A DNA stretch of 64,000 nucleotides, from the NCBI GenBank assembly GCA_964016885.1, contig OZ024748.1:26288001-26352000 (forward strand). The letters are read 5' to 3'. The translations under genes were made by a program, and so were the position numbers. The notes below the pieces were generated by a model. The model was not told the DNA's origin. It did not search any database and saw only the letters and a program-made list of their open reading frames with translations. Below, in pieces: positions 1-15,000 of this stretch (the first letter of the stretch is position 1; each line of letters starts with the position of its first letter). Source of the stretch: Eledone cirrhosa. Taxonomy: Eukaryota.

Positions 1-3000
1 GAAGAAACAACTCTGTCTACTCAGGTAGAGGACATCGAAAAGGTGACACCAACACAAGTTGCTAGCACAATGCATACATCACCTGAAACAACAGTTGTTT
101 CATCTCCTGAACACACCTCTATAACAATTACAGATGAACTTACTAGTATTGAATATACAACTGAGACATCAACTGAAAAACCACTACCTATCAAGACACC
201 TACAAGCACAGCAGAAAAGATCACTGAAACTAGAACAGACACAACAGCAACAACATCACAGCTTCCTTCAACAAGTGAAATCCATATAGAAACTCCTAAA
301 TCTACTTCTGAACTGCCTCATATAACTGACATTGAAACAAGTACAGTGGAAAGAACAACACAAATTACAGATATTGAAACTGAACGCACAACTCAGACAG
401 AAATTACACCACAACAAACAACATCTCCTGAAGAAACAACTCTGTCTACTCAGGTAGAGGACATCGAAAAGGTGACACCAACACAAGTTGCTAGCACAAT
501 GCATACATCACCTGAAACAACAGTTGTTTCATCTCCTGAACACACCTCTATAACAATTACAGATGAACTTACTAGTATTGAATATACAACTGAGACATCC
601 ACTGAAAAACCACTACCTATAAAGACACCTACAAGCACAGCTGAAAAGATCACTGAAACTATAACAGACACAACAGCAACAACATCACAGCTTCCTTCAA
701 CAAGTGAAATCCATATAGAAACTCCTAAATCTACTTCTGAACTGCCTCATATAACTGACATTGAAACAAGTACAGTGGAAAGAACAACACAAGTTACAGA
801 TATTGAAACTGAACGCACAACTCAGACAGAAATTACACCACAACTAACAACATCTCCTGAAGAAACAACTCTGTCTACTCAGGTAGAGGACATCGAAAAG
901 GTGACACCAACAACAGTTGTTTCATCTCCTGAACACACCTCTATAACACCTACAGATGAACTTACTAGTATTGAATATACAACTGAGACATCAACTGAAA
1001 AACCACTACCTATCAAGACACATACAAGCACAGCAGAAAAGATCACTGAAACTAGAACAGACACAACAGCAACAACATCACAGGTTCCTTCAACAAGTGA
1101 AATCCATATAGAAACTCATAAATCTACTTCTGAACTGCCTCATATAACTGACATTGAAACAAGTACAGTGGAAAGAACAACACAAGTTACAGATATTGAA
1201 ACTGAGCACACAACTCAGACAGAAATTACACCACAACAAACAACATCTCCTGAAGAAACAACACTGTCTACTCAGGTAGAGGACATCGTAAAGGTGACAC
1301 CAACACAAGTTGCTAGCACAATGCATACATCACCTGAAACAACAGTTTTTTCATCTCCAGAACACACCTCTATAACACCTACAGATGAACTTATTAGTAT
1401 TGAATATACAACTGAGACATCAACTGAAAAACCACTACCTATCAAGACACCTACAAGCACAGCAGAAAAGATCACTGAAACTAGAACAGACACAACAGCA
1501 ACAACATCACAGCTTCCTTCAACAAGTGAAATCCATATAGAAACTCCTAAATCTACTTCTGAACTGCCTCATATAACTGACGTTGAAACGAGTACAGTGG
1601 AAAGAACAACACAAGTTACAGATATTGAAACTGAACGCACAACTCAGACAGAAATTACACCACAACTAACAACATCACCTGAAGAAACAACTCTGTCTAC
1701 TCAGGTAGAGGACATCGAAAAGGTGACACCAACAACAGTTGTTTTATCTCCTGAACACACCTCTATAACACCTACAGATGAACTTACTAGTATGGAATAT
1801 ACAACTGAGACATCAACTGAAAAACCACTACCTATAAAGACACCTACAAGCACAGCTGAAAAGATCACTGAAACTATAACAGACACAACAGCAACAACAT
1901 CACAGCTTCCTTCAACAACTGAAATCCATATAGAAACTCCTAAATCTACTTCTGAACTGCCTCATATAACTGACATTGAAACAAGTACAGTGGAAAGAAC
2001 AACACACGTTACAGATATTGAAACTGAACGCACAACTCAGACAGAAATTACACCACAACTAACAACATCTCCTGAAGAAACAACTCTGTCTACTCAGGTA
2101 GAGGACATCGAAAAGGTGACACCAACAACAGTTGTTTCATCTCCTGAACACACCTCTATAACACCTACAGATGAACTTACTAGTATTGAATATACAACTG
2201 AGACATCAACTGAAAAACCACTACCTATCAAGACACCTACAAGCACAGCTGAAAAGATCACTGAAACTATAACAGACACAACAGCAACAACATCACAGCT
2301 TCCTTCAACAAGTGAAATCCATATAGAAACTCATAAATCTACTTCTGAACTGCCTCATATAACAGACATTGAAACAAGTACAATGGAAAGAACAACACAA
2401 ATTACAGATATTGAAACTGAACGCACAACTCAGACAGAAATTACACCACAACTAACAACATCTCCTGAAGAAACAACTCTGTCTACTCAGGTAGAGGACA
2501 TCGAAAAGGTGCCACCAACACAAGTTGCTAGTACAATGCATACATCACCTGAAAGGACAGTTGTTTCATCTCCAGAACACACCTCTATAACACCTACAGA
2601 TGAACTTACTAGTATTGAATATAGAACTGAGACATCAACTGAAAAATCACTACCTACGATAACACCTAGAAGCACAGCAGAAAAGACCACTGAAACTATA
2701 ACAGACACAACAGCAACAACATCACAGCTTCCTTCAACAAGTGAAATCCATATAGAAACTCCTAAATCTACTTCTGAACTGCCTCATATAACTGACATTG
2801 AAACAAGTACAGCGGAAAGGACAACACAAATTACAGATATTGAAACTGAACGCACAACTCAGACAGAAATTAGACCACAACTAACAACATCTCCTGAAGA
2901 AACAACTCTGTCTACTCAGGTAGAGGACATCGTAAAGGTGACACCAACACAAATTGCTAGCACAATGCATACATCACCTGAAACAACAGTTGTTTCATCT

Positions 3001-6000
3001 CCAGAACACACCTCTATAACACCTACAGATGAACTTAGTAGTATTGAATATACAACTGTGACATCAACTGAAACACCACTACCTATAAAGACACCTACAA
3101 GCACAGCTGAAAAGATCACTGAAACTATAACAGACACAACAGCAACAACATCACAGCTTCCTTCAACAAGTGAAATCCATATAGAAACTCCTAAATCTAG
3201 TTCTGAACTGCCTCATATAACTGACATTGAAACAAGTACAGTGGAAAGAAAAACACAAGTTACAGATATTGAAACTGAGCGCACAACTCGGACAGAAATT
3301 ACATCACAACAAACAACATCTCCTGAAGAAACAACACTGTCTACTCAGGTAGAGGACATCGTAAAGGTGACACCAACACAAGTTGCTAGCACAATGCATA
3401 CATCACCTGAAACAACAGTTGTTTCATCTCCAGAACACACCTCTATAACACCTACAGATGAAATTACTAGTATTGAATATAGAACTGAGACATCAACTGA
3501 AAAATCACTACCTACGATAACACCTACAAACACAGCAGAAAAGATCACTGAAACTATAATAGACACAACAGCAACAACATCACAGCTTCCTTCAACAAGT
3601 GAAATCCATATAGAAACTCCTAAATCTACTTCTGAACTGCCTCATATAACTGACATTGAAACAAGTACAGTGGAAAGAACAACACAAGTTACAGATATTG
3701 AAACTGAGCGCACAACTCAGACAGAAATTACACCACAACAAACAACATCTCCTGAAGAAACATCACTGTCTACTCAGGTAGAGGACATCGTAAAGGTGAC
3801 ACCAACACAAGTTGCTAGCACAATGCATACATCACCTGAAACGACAGTTGTTTCATCTCCAGAACACACCTCTATAACACCTACAGATGAACTTACTAGT
3901 ATTGAATATACAACTGAGACATCAACTGAAAAACCACTACCTATAAAGACACCTACAAGCACAGCAGAAAAGATCACTGAAACTAGAACAGACACAACAG
4001 CAACAACATCACAGCTTCCTTCAACAAGTGAAATCCATATAGAAACTCCTAAATCTACTTCTGAACTGCCTCATATAACAGACATTGAAACAAGTACAGT
4101 GGAAAGAACAACACAAGTTACAGATATTGAAACTGAGCGCACAACTCAGACAGAAATTACACCACAACAAACAACATCTCCTGAAGAAACAACTCTGTCT
4201 ACTCAGGTAGAGGAAATCGAAAAGGTGACACCAACACAAGTTGCTAGCACAATGCATACATCACCTGAAACAACAGTTGTTTCATCTCCTGAACACACCT
4301 CTATAACACCATCTACACACAAACTTACTAGTATTGAATATACAACTGAGATAACAACTGAAAAATCACTACCTATGACAACACCAACAAGCACAGCAGA
4401 AAAGATCACTGAAATTAGAACAGACACAACAGCAACGACATCACAGCTTCCTTCAACAAGTGAAATCCATATAGAAACTCCTAAATCTACTTCTGAACTG
4501 CCTCATATAACAGACATTGAAACAAGTACAGTGGAAAGAACAACACAAGTTACAGATATTGAAACTGAGCGCACAACTCAGACAGAAATTACACCACAAC
4601 AAACAACATCTCCTGAAGAAACAACTCTGTCTACTCAGGTAGAGGAAATCGAAAAGGTGACACCAACACAAGTTGCTAGCACAATGCATACATCACCTGA
4701 AACAACAGTTGTTTCATCTCCTGAACACACCTCTATAACACCATCTACACACAAACTTACTAGTATTGAATATACAACTGAGATAACAACTGAAAAATCA
4801 CTACCTATGACAACACCAACAAGCACAGCAGAAAAGATCACTGAAATTAGAACAGACACAACAGCAACGACATCACAGCTTCCTTCAACAAGTGAAATCC
4901 ATATAGAAACTCCTAAATCTACTTCTGAACTGCCTCATATAACAGACATTGAAACAAGTACAGTGGAAAGAACAACACAATTTACAGATATTGAAACTGA
5001 ACGCACAACTCAGACAGAAATTACACCACAACTAACAACATCTCCTGAAGAAACAACACTGTCTACTCAGGTAGAGGACATCGTAAAGGTGACACCAACA
5101 CAAGTTGCTAGCACAATGCATACAACAACTGAAACAACAGTTGTTTCATCTATTGAACAAACCTCTGTAGCACCATCTTCAGAGGAACTCACTAGTATAA
5201 AATATACAACTGAGACATCAACTGAAAAATCACTACCTACAATAACACCGACAAGCACAGCAGAAAAGATCACTGAAACTATAACAGACACAACAACAAC
5301 AACATCACAGCTTCCTTCAACAAGTGAAATCCATATAGAAACTCCTAAATCTACTTCTGAACAGCCTCATATAAGTGAGATTGAAACAAGTACAGTGGAA
5401 AGAACAACACAATTTACAGATATTGAAACTGAACGCACAACTCAGACAGAACTTACACCACAACAAACAAGATCTCCTGAAGAAACAACTCTGTCTACTC
5501 AGGTAGAGGACATCGAAAAGGTGAAACCAACACAAGTTGCTAGCACAATGCATACATCACCTGAAACAACAGTTGTTTCATCTCCAAAACACACCTCTAT
5601 AACACCTACAGATGAACTTATTAGTATTGAATATACAACTGAGACATCAACTGAAAAACCACTACCTATCAAGACACCTACAAGCACAGCAGAAAAGATC
5701 ACTGAAACTAGAACAGACACAACAGCAACAACATCACAGGTTCCTTCAACAAGTGAAATCCATATAGAAACTCCTAAATCTACTTCTGAACTGCCTCATA
5801 TAACTGACATTGAAACAAGTACAGTGGAAAGAACAACACAACTTACAGATATTGAAACTGAGCGCACAACTCAGACAGAACTTACACCACAACAAACAAG
5901 ATCTCCTGAAGAAACAACTCTGTCTACTCAGGTAGAGGACATCAAAAGAGTGACAGCAACACAAGTTGCTAGCACAATGCATACATCACCTGAAACAACA

Positions 6001-9000
6001 GTTGTTTCATCTCCTGAACACACTTCTATAACACCTACAGATGAACTCACTATTAAAGAATACACAACTGAAACATCAACTGAAAAATCACTACCTATGA
6101 CAACACCTACAAGCACAGCAGAAAAGATCACTGAAACTAGAACAGACACAACAGCAACAACATCACAGCTTCCTTCAACAAGTGAAATCCATATAGAAAC
6201 TCCTAAATCTACTTCTGAACTGCCTCATATAACTGACATTGAAACAAGTACAGAGGAAAGAACAACACAAGTTACAGATATTGAAACTGAGCACACAACT
6301 CAGACAGAAATTACACCACAACAAACAACATCTCCTGAAGAAACAACTCTGTCTACTCAGGTAGAGGAAATCGAAAAGGTGACACCAACACAAGTTGCTA
6401 GCACAATGCATACATCACCTGAAACAACAGTTGTTTCATCTCCTGAACACACTTCTATAACACCTACAGATGAACTCACTATTAAAGAATACACAACTGA
6501 GACATCAACTGAAAAATCACTACCTATGACAACACCTACAAGCACAGCAGAAAAGATCACTGAAACTATAACAGACACAACAGCAACAACATCACAGCTT
6601 CCTTCAACAAGTGAAATCCATATAGAAACTCCTAAATCTACTTCTGAACTGCCTCATATAACAGACATTGAAACAAGTACAGTGGAAAGAACAACACAAG
6701 TTACAGATATTGAAACTGAGCGCACAACTCAGACAGAAATTACACCACAACAAACAACATCTCCTGAAGAAACAACTCTGTCTACTCAGGTAGAGGAAAT
6801 CGAAAAGGTGACACCAACACAAGTTGCTAGCACAATGCATACATCACCTGAAACAACAGTTGTTTCATCTCCTGAACAAACCTCTATAACACCTACAGAT
6901 GAACTTACTAGTGTTGAATATACAACTGAGACATCAACTGAAAAACCACTACCTATCAAGACACCTACAAGCACAGCAGAAAAGATCACTGAAACTATAA
7001 CAGACACAACAGCAACAACATCACAGCTTCCTTCAACAAGTGAAATCCATATAGAAACTCCTAAATCTACTTCTGAACTGCCTCATATAACAGACATTGA
7101 AACAAGTACAGTGGAAAGAACAACACAAGTTACAGATATTGAAACTGAGCGCACAACTCAGACAGAAATTACACCACAACAAACAACATCTCCTGAAGAA
7201 ACAACACTGTCTACTCAGGTAGAGGACATCGTAAAGGTGACACCAACACAAGTTGCTAGCACAATGCATACATCACCTGAAACAACAGTTGTTTCATCTC
7301 CTGAACACACTTCTATAACACCTACAGATGAACTCACTATTAAAGAATACACAACTGAGACATCAACTGAAAAATCACTACCTATGACAACACCTACAAG
7401 CACAGCAGAAAAGATCACTGAAACTATAACAGACACAACAGCAACAACATCACAGCTTCCTTCAACAAGTGAAATCCATATAGAAACTCCTAAATCTACT
7501 TCTGAACTGCCTCATATAACAGACATTGAAACAAGTACAGTGGAAAGAACAACACAAGTTACAGATATTGAAACTGAGCGCACAACTCAGACAGAAATTA
7601 CACCACAACAAACAACATCTCCTGAAGAAACAACTCTGTCTACTCAGGTAGAGGAAATCGAAAAGGTGACACCAACACAAGTTGCTAGCACAATGCATAC
7701 ATCACCTGAAACAACAGTTGTTTCATCTCCTGAACACACCTCTATAACACCATCTACACACAAACTTACTAGTATTGAATATACAACTGAGATAACAACT
7801 GAAAAATCACTACCTATGACAACACCAACAAGCACAGCAGAAAAGATCACTGAAATTAGAACAGACACAACAGCAACGACATCACAGCTTCCTTCAACAA
7901 GTGAAATCCATATAGAAACTCCTAAATCTACTTCTGAACTGCCTCATATAACAGACATTGAAACAAGTACAGTGGAAAGAACAACACAAGTTACAGATAT
8001 TGAAACTGAGCGCACAACTCAGACAGAAATTACACCACAACAAACAACATCTCCTGAAGAAACAACTCTGTCTACTCAGGTAGAGGAAATCGAAAAGGTG
8101 ACACCAACACAAGTTGCTAGCACAATGCATACATCACCTGAAACAACAGTTGTTTCATCTCCTGAACACACCTCTATAACACCATCTACACACAAACTTA
8201 CTAGTATTGAATATACAACTGAGATAACAACTGAAAAATCACTACCTATGACAACACCAACAAGCACAGCAGAAAAGATCACTGAAATTAGAACAGACAC
8301 AACAGCAACGACATCACAGCTTCCTTCAACAAGTGAAATCCATATAGAAACTCCTAAATCTACTTCTGAACTGCCTCATATAACAGACATTGAAACAAGT
8401 ACAGTGGAAAGAACAACACAATTTACAGATATTGAAACTGAACGCACAACTCAGACAGAAATTACACCACAACTAACAACATCTCCTGAAGAAACAACAC
8501 TGTCTACTCAGGTAGAGGACATCGTAAAGGTGACACCAACACAAGTTGCTAGCACAATGCATACAACAACTGAAACAACAGTTGTTTCATCTATTGAACA
8601 AACCTCTGTAGCACCATCTTCAGAGGAACTCACTAGTATAAAATATACAACTGAGACATCAACTGAAAAATCACTACCTACAATAACACCGACAAGCACA
8701 GCAGAAAAGATCACTGAAACTATAACAGACACAACAACAACAACATCACAGCTTCCTTCAACAAGTGAAATCCATATAGAAACTCCTAAATCTACTTCTG
8801 AACAGCCTCATATAAGTGAGATTGAAACAAGTACAGTGGAAAGAACAACACAATTTACAGATATTGAAACTGAACGCACAACTCAGACAGAACTTACACC
8901 ACAACAAACAAGATCTCCTGAAGAAACAACTCTGTCTACTCAGGTAGAGGACATCGAAAAGGTGAAACCAACACAAGTTGCTAGCACAATGCATACATCA

Positions 9001-12000
9001 CCTGAAACAACAGTTGTTTCATCTCCAAAACACACCTCTATAACACCTACAGATGAACTTATTAGTATTGAATATACAACTGAGACATCAACTGAAAAAC
9101 CACTACCTATCAAGACACCTACAAGCACAGCAGAAAAGATCACTGAAACTAGAACAGACACAACAGCAACAACATCACAGGTTCCTTCAACAAGTGAAAT
9201 CCATATAGAAACTCCTAAATCTACTTCTGAACTGCCTCATATAACTGACATTGAAACAAGTACAGTGGAAAGAACAACACAACTTACAGATATTGAAACT
9301 GAGCGCACAACTCAGACAGAACTTACACCACAACAAACAAGATCTCCTGAAGAAACAACTCTGTCTACTCAGGTAGAGGACATCAAAAGAGTGACAGCAA
9401 CACAAGTTGCTAGCACAATGCATACATCACCTGAAACAACAGTTGTTTCATCTCCTGAACACACTTCTATAACACCTACAGATGAACTCACTATTAAAGA
9501 ATACACAACTGAAACATCAACTGAAAAATCACTACCTATGACAACACCTACAAGCACAGCAGAAAAGATCACTGAAACTAGAACAGACACAACAGCAACA
9601 ACATCACAGCTTCCTTCAACAAGTGAAATCCATATAGAAACTCCTAAATCTACTTCTGAACTGCCTCATATAACTGACATTGAAACAAGTACAGAGGAAA
9701 GAACAACACAAGTTACAGATATTGAAACTGAGCACACAACTCAGACAGAAATTACACCACAACAAACAACATCTCCTGAAGAAACAACAGTGTCTACTCA
9801 GGTAGAGGACATCGTAAAGGTGACACCAACACAAGTTGCTAGCACAATGCATACAACAACTGAAACAACAGTTGTTTCATCTATTGAACAAACCTCTGTA
9901 GCACCATCTTCAGAGGAACTCACTAGTATAAAATATACAACTGAGACATCAACTGAAAAATCACTACCTACAATAACACCAACAAGCACAGCAGAAAAGA
10001 TCACTGAAACTATAACAGACACAACAACAACAACATCACAGCTTCCTTCAACAAGTGAAATCCATATAGAAACTCCTAAATCTACTTCTGAACTGCCTCA
10101 TATAAGTGAGATTGAAACAAGTACAGTGGAAAGAACAACACAATTTACAGATATTGAAACTGAACGCACAACTCAGACAGAAATTACACCACAACTAACA
10201 ACATCTCCTGAAGAAACCACTCTGTCTACTCAGGTAGAGGACATCAAAAGAGTGACAGCAACACAAGTTGCTAGCACGATGCATACATCACCTGAAACAA
10301 CAGTTGTTTCATCTCCTGAACACACCTCTATAACACCTACAGATGAACTCACTAGTATTGAATATACAACTGAGACATCAACTGAAAAATCACTACCTAT
10401 GACAACACCTACAAGCACAGTAGAAAAAATCACTGAAACTAGAACAGACACAACAGCAACAACATCACAGCTTCCTTCAACAAGTGAAATCCATATAGAA
10501 ACTCCTAAATCTACTTCTGAACTGCCTCATATAAGTGACATTGAAACAAGTACAGTGGAAAGAACAACACAAATTACAGATATTGAAACTGAGCGCACAA
10601 CTCAGATAGAAATTACACCACAGCAAACAACATCTCCTGAAGAAACAACACTGTCTACTCAGGTAGAGGACATCGTAAAGGTGACACCAACACAAGTTGC
10701 TAGCACAATGCATACATCACCTGAAACAACAGTTGTTTCATCTCCTGAACACACCTCTATAACACCTACAGATGAACTTACTAGTATTGAATATACAACT
10801 GAGACATCAACTGAAAAACCACTACCTATCAAGACACCTACAAGCACAGCAGAACTGATCACTGAAACTAGAACAGACACAACAGCAACAACATCACAGC
10901 TTCCTTCAACAAGTGATATCCATATAGAAACTCCTAAATCTACTTCTGAACTGCCTCATATAACTGACGTTGAAACAAGTACAGTGGAAAGAACAACACA
11001 AGTTACAGATATTGAAACTGAACGCACAACTCAGACAGAACTTACACCACAACAAACAAGATCTCCTGAAGAAACCACTCTGCCTACTCAGGTAGAGGAC
11101 ATCGAAAGAGTGACAGCAACACAAGTTGCTAGCACAAGGCATACATCACCTGAAACAACAGTTGTTTCATCTCCTGAACACACTTCTATGACACCTACAC
11201 ATGAACTCACTATTAAAGAATACAAAACCGAGACATCAACTGAAAAATCACTACCTATGACAACACCTACAAGCACATCAGAAAAGATCACTGAAACTAG
11301 AACAGACACAACAGCAACAACATCACAGCTTCCTTCAACAAGTGAAATTCATATTGAAACTCCTAAATCTACTTCTGAACTGCCTCATATAACTGACATT
11401 GAAACAAGTACAGTGGAAAGAACAACACAAGTTACAGATATTGAAACTGAGCGCACAACTCAGACAGAACTTACACCACAACAAACAAGATCTCCTGAAG
11501 AAACCACTCTGTCTACTCAGGTAGAGGACATCGTAAAGGTGACACCAACACAAGTTGCTAGCACAATGCATACATCACCTGAAACAACAGTTGTTTCATC
11601 TCCTGAACACACCTCTATAACACCTACAGATGAACTTACTAGTATTGAATATACAACTGAGAGATCAACTGAAAAATCACTACCTATGACAACACCTACA
11701 AGCACAGCAGAAAAGATCACTGAAACTAGAACAGACACAACAGCAACAACATCACAGCTTCCTTCAACAAGTGAAATCCATATAGAGACTCATAAATCTA
11801 CTTCTGAACTGCCTCATATAAGTGACATTGAAACAAGTACAGTGGAAAGAACAACACATATTACAGATATTGAAACTGAGCGCACAACTCAGACAGAACT
11901 TACACCACAACAAACAACACCTCCTGAAGAAACCACTCTGTCTACTCAGGTAGAGGACATCGAAAGGGTGACAGCAACACAAGTTGCTAGCACAATGCAT

Positions 12001-15000
12001 ACATCACCTGAAACAACAGTTGTTTCATCTCCTGAACACACTTCTATGACACCTACACATGAACTCACTATTAAAGAATACAAAACTGAGACATCAACTG
12101 AAAAATCACTACCTATGACGACACCTACAAGCACATCAGAAAAGATCAATGAAACTAGAACAGACACAACAGCAACAACATCACAGCTTCCTTCAACAAG
12201 TGAAATCCATATAGAAACTCCTAAATCTACTTCTGAAATGCCTCATATAACTGACATTGAAACAAGTACAGTGGAAAGAACAACACAAGTTACAGATATT
12301 GAAACTGAGCGCAAAACTCAGATAGAAATTACACCACAGCAAACAACATCTGCTGAAGAAAAAACACTGTATACTCAGGTAGAGGACTTCGTAAAGGTGA
12401 CACCAACACAAGTTGCTAGCACAATGCATACATCACCTGAAACAACAGTTGTTTCATCTCCAGAACACACCTCTATAACACCTACAGATGAACTTACTAG
12501 TATTGAATATACAACTGAGAGATCAACTGAAAAATCACTACCTATGACAACACCTACAAGCACAGCAGAAAAGATCACTGAAACTAGAACAGACACAGCA
12601 GCAACAACATCACAGCTTCCTTCAACAAGTGAAATCCATATAGAAACTCATAAATCTACTTCTGAACTGCCTCATATAATTGACATTGAAACAAGTACAG
12701 TGGAAAGAACAAGACAAATTACAGATATTGAAACTGAACGCACAACTCAGACAGAAATTACACCACAACAAACAACATCTCCTGAAGAAACAACTCTGTC
12801 TACTCAGGTAGAGGACATCGAAAAGGTGACACCAACACAAGTTGCTAGCACAATGCATACATCACCTGAAACAACAGTTGTTTCATCTCCTGAACACACC
12901 TCTATAACAATTACAGATGAACTTACTAGTATTGAATATACAACTGAGACATCAACTGAAAAACCACTACCTATCAAGACACCTACAAGCACAGCAGAAA
13001 AGATCACTGAAACTAGAACAGACACAACAGCAACAACATCACAGCTTCCTTCAACAAGTGAAATCCATATAGAAACTCCTAAATCTACTTCTGAACTGCC
13101 TCATATAACTGACATTGAAACAAGTACAGTGGAAAGAACAACACAAATTACAGATATTGAAACTGAACGCACAACTCAGACAGAAATTACACCACAACAA
13201 ACAACATCTCCTGAAGAAACAACTCTGTCTACTCAGGTAGAGGACATCGAAAAGGTGACACCAACACAAGTTGCTAGCACAATGCATACATCACCTGAAA
13301 CAACAGTTGTTTCATCTCCTGAACACACCTCTATAACAATTACAGATGAACTTACTAGTATTGAATATACAACTGAGACATCCACTGAAAAACCACTACC
13401 TATAAAGACACCTACAAGCACAGCTGAAAAGATCACTGAAACTATAACAGACACAACAGCAACAACATCACAGCTTCCTTCAACAAGTGAAATCCATATA
13501 GAAACTCCTAAATCTACTTCTGAACTGCCTCATATAACTGACATTGAAACAAGTACAGTGGAAAGAACAACACAAGTTACAGATATTGAAACTGAACGCA
13601 CAACTCAGACAGAAATTACACCACAACTAACAACATCTCCTGAAGAAACAACTCTGTCTACTCAGGTAGAGGACATCGAAAAGGTGACACCAACAACAGT
13701 TGTTTCATCTCCTGAACACACCTCTATAACACCTACAGATGAACTTACTAGTATTGAATATACAACTGAGACATCAACTGAAAAACCACTACCTATCAAG
13801 ACACATACAAGCACAGCAGAAAAGATCACTGAAACTAGAACAGACACAACAGCAACAACATCACAGGTTCCTTCAACAAGTGAAATCCATATAGAAACTC
13901 ATAAATCTACTTCTGAACTGCCTCATATAACTGACATTGAAACAAGTACAGTGGAAAGAACAACACAAGTTACAGATATTGAAACTGAGCACACAACTCA
14001 GACAGAAATTACACCACAACAAACAACATCTCCTGAAGAAACAACACTGTCTACTCAGGTAGAGGACATCGTAAAGGTGACACCAACACAAGTTGCTAGC
14101 ACAATGCATACATCACCTGAAACAACAGTTTTTTCATCTCCAGAACACACCTCTATAACACCTACAGATGAACTTATTAGTATTGAATATACAACTGAGA
14201 CATCAACTGAAAAACCACTACCTATCAAGACACCTACAAGCACAGCAGAAAAGATCACTGAAACTAGAACAGACACAACAGCAACAACATCACAGCTTCC
14301 TTCAACAAGTGAAATCCATATAGAAACTCCTAAATCTACTTCTGAACTGCCTCATATAACTGACGTTGAAACGAGTACAGTGGAAAGAACAACACAAGTT
14401 ACAGATATTGAAACTGAACGCACAACTCAGACAGAAATTACACCACAACTAACAACATCACCTGAAGAAACAACTCTGTCTACTCAGGTAGAGGACATCG
14501 AAAAGGTGACACCAACAACAGTTGTTTTATCTCCTGAACACACCTCTATAACACCTACAGATGAACTTACTAGTATGGAATATACAACTGAGACATCAAC
14601 TGAAAAACCACTACCTATAAAGACACCTACAAGCACAGCTGAAAAGATCACTGAAACTATAACAGACACAACAGCAACAACATCACAGCTTCCTTCAACA
14701 ACTGAAATCCATATAGAAACTCCTAAATCTACTTCTGAACTGCCTCATATAACTGACATTGAAACAAGTACAGTGGAAAGAACAACACACGTTACAGATA
14801 TTGAAACTGAACGCACAACTCAGACAGAAATTACACCACAACTAACAACATCTCCTGAAGAAACAACTCTGTCTACTCAGGTAGAGGACATCGAAAAGGT
14901 GACACCAACAACAGTTGTTTCATCTCCTGAACACACCTCTATAACACCTACAGCTGAACTTACTAGTATTGAATATACAACTGAGACATCAACTGAAAAA

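Noticed and set aside
55-145. Short palindromes in each unit (GCTAGC, ATGCAT, ACTAGT) as regulatory or recombination sites
   Set aside because: These 6-bp palindromes are expected by chance and explained by codons (Ala-Ser, Met-His, Thr-Ser). Two of them are lost in the 393-bp units.
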